Below, one piece after another: positions 58,664 to 64,000 of a stretch of 64,000 nucleotides of DNA. The DNA is from Escherichia phage vB_EcoM_MM02: the sequence record MK373784.1. One strand, 5' to 3'. The first letter of the stretch is position 1; every line of letters starts with the position of its first letter. The position numbers and the translations under genes are program-made. The notes beneath the pieces were generated by a model that had not been told where the DNA came from, ran no database searches, and worked only from the letters and a program-made list of their open reading frames with translations.

Positions 58664-58823
58664 ACATTTGCAATTCGGTGTGGGCTTCAGCCATCTTTTT
58701 CATAGCTCTGTTAATGTCGATGTCTCCATCTTCGCAACCATGAGCATTTTCCCAATCGGATACAGAATTAGCATACTCTTCAATCAAAAACATCAACTTA
58801 GAAATCTTTTCTTTACGTGTCAT
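58644..58823 (-). CDS. hypothetical protein (start trimmed)
   Basis: Track ORF begins inside the promoter; ATG at about 58823 follows RBS GAGGAGAA. Confidence 0.3.
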   Translation of the reverse strand: MTRKEKISKLMFLIEEYANSVSDWENAHGCEDGDIDINRAMKKMAEAHTELQMYVNEIM

Positions 58824-58924
58824 AACGTTCTCCTCTAGTAAGTAAGGACTACTATAACACAACCTGAGGAGAAGTAAACTGATAGATGCCAAAAAGCCCC
58901 AACCATAAGGAAGGGGCTAGTAAA

Positions 58925-59227
58925 TTAGATAGATGTAGGCTCTAATTTTATTTTCATGAACTCGGCAAATTGTCTGGCAGTTTTTATGCCTTGTTCATGA
59001 CATTCAAATGCATCATCACAGGGACTATTTTTGTAATGCTTTGCCATATACTTATAGAATTTTTCAGAATTCTCGACATTTTGAATTTCAAACAAAGTAT
59101 ATACGTTTTTAATCCCTGATTCCATAAAGTTATCAAAATATGGGTCGATATGTGCAGTACCAACGATAGGAGTTGTTGCTGCAAAAAACCCCAGCATCGC
59201 TATGACAGCTATCGCTCTTAAGGCCAT
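58925..59227 (-). CDS. small secreted protein
   Basis: 100 aa; signal peptide MALRAIAVIAMLGFFAATTPIVG. Confidence 0.35.
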   Translation of the reverse strand: MALRAIAVIAMLGFFAATTPIVGTAHIDPYFDNFMESGIKNVYTLFEIQNVENSEKFYKYMAKHYKNSPCDDAFECHEQGIKTARQFAEFMKIKLEPTSI

Positions 59228-59239
59228 ATAGGCCTCCTG

Positions 59240-59452
59240 TTAATTTTGGCCAGTATTTATTTTTCGCCTTTGGACGGCCTTAACATCTGCGAGGTATTTT
59301 TCCAGCTTGCGCTTGCGTGTATAATCAGCTTTAGAACCAGTTTGACGGATATCCTCGTTTAAATGAGAAATAGAATGTCCTAATTCTCTTCGGATTTCAT
59401 CTAATTGGGTTACAGTAAGATTACGAAGTTGTCTTTCGTTTAATTGCTGCAT
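59240..59452 (-). CDS. hypothetical protein
   Basis: 70-aa ORF. Confidence 0.3.
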   Translation of the reverse strand: MQQLNERQLRNLTVTQLDEIRRELGHSISHLNEDIRQTGSKADYTRKRKLEKYLADVKAVQRRKINTGQN

Positions 59453-59479
59453 ATATACCTCTTGGTTAGATATTAGTAT

Positions 59480-60061
59480 TTATAACAACCCTGTCAAATC
59501 GTTCCAATGCTTCCGGCATAATGACACATATCTATCGGTATCACCAATTTCAATTTGACTGCCATCTGTAATTGGAAGTCCGTCTTCCGTGACTCTAGCT
59601 ACCATTGTGGCCTTTTTACCACAATGACAGACACCTTTAAGTTCAACAAGCTTATCGGCAATAGCCATTAATGCTTGAGAACCTTCAAATAGATTACCTT
59701 TAAAATCTGTTCGTAGTCCATATGCCATTACCGGCACATTGTATACGTCAACAATACGACTAAGTTGATACACCTTTTCAGTAGTTAAGAACTGAGCTTC
59801 GTCAACAAATACGCAGTGAATATCCTTTTGTGCTGCAGCCCATTTATAGAATTCAAAGATATCCATGTCTTTTGTAATTATATTGGCGTCCTGACGAATA
59901 CCAATACGAGAGACTATTTCACCTTTTGAATCGCGAGTATCAATAGCCGGTTTAAGAACTAATACACCCATGCCACGTTCTTTATAGTTATGTGCGGCAG
60001 TAAGTAATGAAGCAGACTTACCAGCGTTCATAGCGGCATAGGTAAAAATTAAACTAGCCAT
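59480..60061 (-). CDS. tk: thymidine kinase
   Basis: 193 aa; P-loop AAMNAGKSASLL, C-terminal zinc-ribbon Cys; matches my memory of T4 Tk. Confidence 0.85.
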   Translation of the reverse strand: MASLIFTYAAMNAGKSASLLTAAHNYKERGMGVLVLKPAIDTRDSKGEIVSRIGIRQDANIITKDMDIFEFYKWAAAQKDIHCVFVDEAQFLTTEKVYQLSRIVDVYNVPVMAYGLRTDFKGNLFEGSQALMAIADKLVELKGVCHCGKKATMVARVTEDGLPITDGSQIEIGDTDRYVSLCRKHWNDLTGLL

Positions 60062-60249
60062 AAGAGTCCCTTATAGTGAATTCACGTAGTCAATGAGTTC
60101 TTGTTCTTTCCTGTCAAATGATTCCATCAATGCTTGATATTCTTCGTCCGTCAAAGGAGCATATTCATCGTACGCATTGGTGGCTGCTTGCTCATCCAAT
60201 AGGTCATGGATAAGTTCGAACAGTTTAGTTTTCTCTTCTTTAGTCAATT

Positions 60250-60477
60250 TCATTTAGGTTCACCTTCTTTAACGAAATCTGGGTAAGGGTAAAATCCTGA
60301 GTAAAACCCTTCACCTTTATGATTGCTACAACCTTTGTTCGAACAGTAACACCAATAATCAAAATCACAAGCCATTTCGTCATTGCATAAAGCAAAAACT
60401 ACAGGCCATTCGCATTTTTCGCATTTAGCACCTGTAAGAATTTTTGTTTGACTCATAGCCATGTCACCTTTAAGCAA
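60250..60477 (-). CDS. small Cys-rich protein
   Basis: 75 aa; CEKCEW...CYCSNKGC. Confidence 0.3.
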   Translation of the reverse strand: MLKGDMAMSQTKILTGAKCEKCEWPVVFALCNDEMACDFDYWCYCSNKGCSNHKGEGFYSGFYPYPDFVKEGEPK

Positions 60478-60661
60478 TATTCTTCTACATGTTGTTTACG
60501 GCCTTTCTTATCAATAAAGGTATATTCAACGAATGTTCCGATGTAGTCTTTATCTACATCATGTGGACTATTAATTGGACATTTGGTACGACAAATGCGT
60601 TCCCATTGACGAATAATTACTGCCTTATTCTTTGGGTCATATGGATGTGGATAATGTATAT

Positions 60662-61159
60662 TCATAATAACGGTTCCCAATCAACAATCACAATTTCTAG
60701 TTTAGTAGAATACGTATCTAAAATCTCTTCGATGACATCCCAGTTTCCACCACCAATACCTGCACCAATTCTTGGCATATAAATTACAGGCTTTATTATC
60801 TTATTCTTTCCGAATTCATTTAATTCTATTATACAATTCATTAAAGCAGAGTACTCAAAATTAGGTCCCGGCTCAAACTGTGTATAAAGATTAAAGCAAT
60901 AAGCTTTATGGGTCTTAAAATATTTTTCATAAACCGAATAAGTCCCTAGTTTAGACTCGTCTCCGAATTCGGTTTGAAGTTTATCGGCTTCCAGAATTTT
61001 TGGATAAGCCTTTGCTAATTGTCCTGCCACACCCGCGCCCATTGTATGAAAACAATTACACCCATGAGCAATATTATTACCTTTAGAAAACAGGGCGACA
61101 ATATCGCCCTTGATATAGTTTTTAATCACTTGCTGCAAGTCCTCTATTATAAGAGTCAA
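60662..61159 (-). CDS. macro-domain protein (TARG1/DarG-like ADP-ribosyl hydrolase family)
   Basis: 165 aa; AHGCNCFHTMGAGVAGQL and PRIGAGIGGGNW resemble the two signature loops of TARG1-type macro domains. Confidence 0.55.
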   Translation of the reverse strand: MTLIIEDLQQVIKNYIKGDIVALFSKGNNIAHGCNCFHTMGAGVAGQLAKAYPKILEADKLQTEFGDESKLGTYSVYEKYFKTHKAYCFNLYTQFEPGPNFEYSALMNCIIELNEFGKNKIIKPVIYMPRIGAGIGGGNWDVIEEILDTYSTKLEIVIVDWEPLL

Positions 61160-61469
61160 CTAGACGGTCCACCATAGAATTGCATGCTGCCTTATCTTTA
61201 GGTTCCGCCACCGAGCATTCTAATATTTGCCATTTTTTATAGTATCTTTTAATTAAGGTAGACGCCTTGAACCTACTAGACGCCCCATCTTTTTCTCCGT
61301 CTTTATACGCGTATAACAATTTTTGTGAAAAATCTACTTTACACTCTTGACTTTTACCACAGTAATCAGACGCCGTTCTGTTTGTATACTCCGTTACATC
61401 AGTATATGTAGTATTAGCAAAAGCGTTAAATGAAACCAAGCCAACTATTAAAGCCAACATTTTGGTCAT
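61122..61469 (-). CDS. small secreted Cys-containing protein
   Basis: 115 aa; signal peptide MTKMLALIVGLVSFNAFA. Confidence 0.35.
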   Translation of the reverse strand: MTKMLALIVGLVSFNAFANTTYTDVTEYTNRTASDYCGKSQECKVDFSQKLLYAYKDGEKDGASSRFKASTLIKRYYKKWQILECSVAEPKDKAACNSMVDRLVDSYNRGLAASD

Positions 61470-62008
61470 TCTTTTATTTCCAGTAGTTTATTTGATTTAA
61501 GGTAATTAGCCTTTTCTAGGACTTCAGAAGCATATTTACTTCCAGCACTTGTCTTCCATCCCGCATTATATGAGGATATAGCTTTTCTTATATCCCCGTT
61601 ATGTATATTTAACCAATAAGAAAATTCGATATAAGCCCATCTGGCTGAATTAGACCGCTTAGATAGCATTTTCTTAATTTGGGCATCAGTCATATTATAA
61701 CCAAGTTGGTTAATTCTTGCCCTCATCGTTGGTAGATAATTTTGGAACATTCCATACGCATGGTGACCTTTCTTATCTTTAAGATTAATACCGGCTGATG
61801 ATTCCTGCCATAGTATTGCGGCCATTATGTATCCAAGTCCTTTCTTATGCATATTTTCATGCGTTTTAAATTTTCCATCCTTAGAAAACTGTTCCCCAAA
61901 CTGATAAGCATAATTCAAGTTATCGAGTTGGACATTACTAAAAGTATGCTCGGAGCTATGTGCTGATAATGAAAGAGCAAATAGACCAGCGAGTAGTGCT
62001 TTTCTCAT
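61466..62008 (-). CDS. secreted lytic-transglycosylase-like (SLT domain) protein
   Basis: 180 aa; signal peptide; SLT motifs WQESSAG (E-S), GMFQ, YNAGW. Confidence 0.5.
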   Translation of the reverse strand: MRKALLAGLFALSLSAHSSEHTFSNVQLDNLNYAYQFGEQFSKDGKFKTHENMHKKGLGYIMAAILWQESSAGINLKDKKGHHAYGMFQNYLPTMRARINQLGYNMTDAQIKKMLSKRSNSARWAYIEFSYWLNIHNGDIRKAISSYNAGWKTSAGSKYASEVLEKANYLKSNKLLEIKE

Positions 62009-62016
62009 GTTTACCT

Positions 62017-62475
62017 CTAGATTTTAATCACTGCTTTAGAAGCTTTTCCTGGTAGTCGTTTATTGTTAATAATAGCCATTCTGCATTGAAGAGTCTTCAT
62101 TTTGAATGCCGGATTTTCGCGACAAACTGTAAGTCCTAACCAAAGATTTCCGTCAGTTATTTCTAAACGGCCTGGACGATACTCGACACCTTCGACAAAA
62201 TCTTCATCAACATCTGGACGTGCCGGCATTGATAAAAATTCTGCAACTTCTTTAACGTGATTTTTTACTTTATGAAATAATTCAAAAACGTAATTCTCAT
62301 CTATTTCTCTCTGGATGGCACGATCTAAGAGATGTTGAGAATACTTGATATGAAAGCCTGGTAGTCCAAGAGACTTTGCAGCATCTTTTATACCGACATT
62401 TATTTTGCGGAACTCCGTTTCAAAGATTCGACGGAGTTTATTACGGCGGATAAAAACTTCCGAATTGATAGTCAT
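62017..62475 (-). CDS. regB: RegB sequence-specific endoribonuclease
   Basis: MTINSEVFIRRNKLRR...KYSQHLLDRAIQREIDENYVFELFHKVK... matches my memory of T4 RegB; start trimmed to ATG preceded by GAGGAGA. Confidence 0.85.
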   Translation of the reverse strand: MTINSEVFIRRNKLRRIFETEFRKINVGIKDAAKSLGLPGFHIKYSQHLLDRAIQREIDENYVFELFHKVKNHVKEVAEFLSMPARPDVDEDFVEGVEYRPGRLEITDGNLWLGLTVCRENPAFKMKTLQCRMAIINNKRLPGKASKAVIKI

Positions 62476-62481
62476 TTTGAT

Positions 62482-62532
62482 TTCTCCTCTAGTTGACAAG
62501 TCTATAGTAACACAACTAGAGGAGAAGTAAAC
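62482..62532 (-). promoter_or_regulatory. early promoter upstream of regB with -10 in the loop of a perfect 13-bp inverted repeat that includes the regB RBS
   Basis: Arms tctcctctagttg / caactagaggaga; -10 (rc of atagta) at about 62504-62509; -35 gtaaac at about 62527-62532. Confidence 0.5.
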
Positions 62533-62831
62533 TACTCTTTGAAAGGAATTAACTTTTTAACTGCTTTAGATACTTCGTCACGAACCTGATGGAAGTTCTT
62601 GAGCTGTTCAAGGCGTTGTTCGTAATACGCAATCTCATCTTCTTCAAGACAATCGTCAGCGTCTTCTTTCAGATATGCCTTGTACTCATTAAAGAGGGCC
62701 CATAGGCGGTTCTCAAAGTCATCAAGGCTTTGAATTTTCTTGTGCTTCAGAACAAGGCCAAAAGGATTGCTTTCAGTTATGCGTCTAGATGCTTCATAAT
62801 GAGTTCCAAAGCCTGATAGGATTTGAGCCAT
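62532..62831 (-). CDS. hypothetical protein
   Basis: 99-aa ORF. Confidence 0.35.
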   Translation of the reverse strand: MAQILSGFGTHYEASRRITESNPFGLVLKHKKIQSLDDFENRLWALFNEYKAYLKEDADDCLEEDEIAYYEQRLEQLKNFHQVRDEVSKAVKKLIPFKE

Positions 62832-63265
62832 TAGTATTTTTCCTCAGGTCGAAATACTGCACGACATGCCCACATGCTGGCTTCTTTTAGATGTTGCTTA
62901 GCATACTTAAGAGCCTGCACTGCATCCATATCTTCTTTGGTTTGTTGCTCTGTTTCATTTTCTTTCAAGATATATGCTTCTTCAATCAGAGCATCAAACA
63001 ACAATCCAAGACGGACTTCTGCATCTTTAATAGCGTTCACTTTACCGATTTTATCATCGGTATGCGGCTTGTAGCCTTTGATGTCTTCAATCGACATAAG
63101 GAATTTCCTCATCTGTGGCAAGGTCATATTCGACCAATTGGATAGGCTCATTAATACCATATCCACGTACAGTGATATCAGTTGTCGGATAGTTTCCAGT
63201 AATATCACCCATTCTAAATGATTCAATGAATGATTGCTCGCCTGAGCAACTAAACCAGGCGGCAA
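62831..63265 (-). CDS. hypothetical protein
   Basis: 144-aa ORF. Confidence 0.35.
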   Translation of the reverse strand: MPPGLVAQASNHSLNHLEWVILLETIRQLISLYVDMVLMSLSNWSNMTLPQMRKFLMSIEDIKGYKPHTDDKIGKVNAIKDAEVRLGLLFDALIEEAYILKENETEQQTKEDMDAVQALKYAKQHLKEASMWACRAVFRPEEKY

Positions 63266-63310
63266 AACATTTTAAAACATCTTCAGACCCTTCTATAAAC
63301 AATTTAGCCA

Positions 63311-63673
63311 TTATAGACTCTCAGTAAAGGTGCGAGCGATAACGTCACGCTGCTGTTCCGGAGTTAGAGAGTTAAAGCGAACTGCATAACCGGATACACG
63401 GATGGTCAGCTGCGGATATTTTTCCGGATGCTTAACTGCATCTTCTAGAGTTTCACGACGCAGAACGTTAACGTTCAGATGTTGTCCACCTTCAATTTTA
63501 ACTTTAGGTTGATGTTCAATTTCAATTTCACGGGCATTCAAACCGTAGAAAATTTCTGGGTCTACAATAGCGTCTTCTTTAAAAGTCTTAGAGACAATAA
63601 TCCGGGCTTGAGTACCGTCTTCAAAATAAATAGTGCCTTTGTGTGTGCCTTCAAGAATTTGATATGCTTTCAT
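63311..63673 (-). CDS. GrcA/YfiD-like autonomous glycyl-radical cofactor protein
   Basis: 120 aa; C-terminal ...[60 protein letters not shown] carries the RVSGY glycyl-radical motif and matches my memory of E. coli GrcA; 3' half has host-like GC and codon usage. Confidence 0.7.
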   Translation of the reverse strand: MKAYQILEGTHKGTIYFEDGTQARIIVSKTFKEDAIVDPEIFYGLNAREIEIEHQPKVKIEGGQHLNVNVLRRETLEDAVKHPEKYPQLTIRVSGYAVRFNSLTPEQQRDVIARTFTESL

Positions 63674-63679
63674 ATAACC

Positions 63680-63988
63680 TCAATTAGAAAATAAATTTAT
63701 CCAAGTTTTTTCTTTAATCAAAAATGGGTCGGAATTAAACGCCATTAAACTTTGAGTGATTAATCCCTTAAATGGCCCATCAATAAATTCCATTTTGAAA
63801 TGCGGAATACTAGTCATCAACCGTGCATTAGGAGCAGTACAAAGAACCTGCTGCCCTGCGAACGGACCTTTAGTCAAACGATATCGTTTAGGTTTAAAAT
63901 GGTAAATCTCGTAATTTTCTACAAGGGCCCTTTTATTGCATACTGGGCTGTTATAACAATATTCAAAAACTTCAATAGTGGTCATCAT
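63680..63988 (-). CDS. hypothetical protein
   Basis: 102-aa ORF. Confidence 0.35.
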   Translation of the reverse strand: MMTTIEVFEYCYNSPVCNKRALVENYEIYHFKPKRYRLTKGPFAGQQVLCTAPNARLMTSIPHFKMEFIDGPFKGLITQSLMAFNSDPFLIKEKTWINLFSN

Positions 63989-64000
63989 TGCATTCCAATC

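Noticed and set aside
1-64000. CRISPR arrays, tRNA/rRNA genes, integrase or transposase genes
   Set aside because: No spacer-repeat arrays or long direct repeats noticed; no cloverleaf-like tRNA candidates seen by eye (the T4 tRNA cluster would lie beyond this window); no tyrosine/serine recombinase or transposase motifs. A tRNAscan or Infernal run would be needed for certainty.

Overview
This window reads as the early / replication-recombination arm of a T4-like (Tevenvirinae) myovirus genome, laid out in the T4 order from rIIA to regB with nearly every gene on the minus strand. Recognisable T4 core genes are rIIA, a fused topoisomerase II large subunit (39), dexA, dda, modA/modB-like ADP-ribosyltransferases, soc, 56, 61, sp, dmd, 41, uvsX, 42, 43, regA, 62, 44, 45, 46, 47, 55, nrdG, nrdD, 49, nrdC, tk and regB. 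The 903-aa family-B DNA polymerase matches, from memory, the RB69-type enzyme, so this is probably RB69 or a close relative. The most notable content is a sugar-nucleotide module between genes 42 and 43 (SIS sugar-phosphate isomerase, HAD phosphatase, fused nucleotidyltransferase/anomeric-kinase), plus a GT-B-like glycosyltransferase candidate next to rIIA.1 and unrelated genes in the slot where T4 carries beta-gt. No alpha- or beta-glucosyltransferase is recognisable. Together this fits a non-glucose (arabinose-type) hydroxymethylcytosine DNA hypermodification pathway. Other notable items are a GrcA-like glycyl-radical gene with a host-like GC-rich 3' half, a TARG1/DarG-like macro domain protein, a standalone pol-beta-type nucleotidyltransferase, a free-standing GIY-YIG homing endonuclease abutting nrdD, and a large family of early-promoter cassettes in which the -10 element sits inside an inverted repeat that often overlaps the downstream ribosome-binding site. 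CDS coordinates follow the supplied ORF track, trimmed where the track start is an upstream alternative codon; hand-derived coordinates for small elements may be off by 1-2 nt. All homology statements are from reading the sequence and memory; no searches were run.
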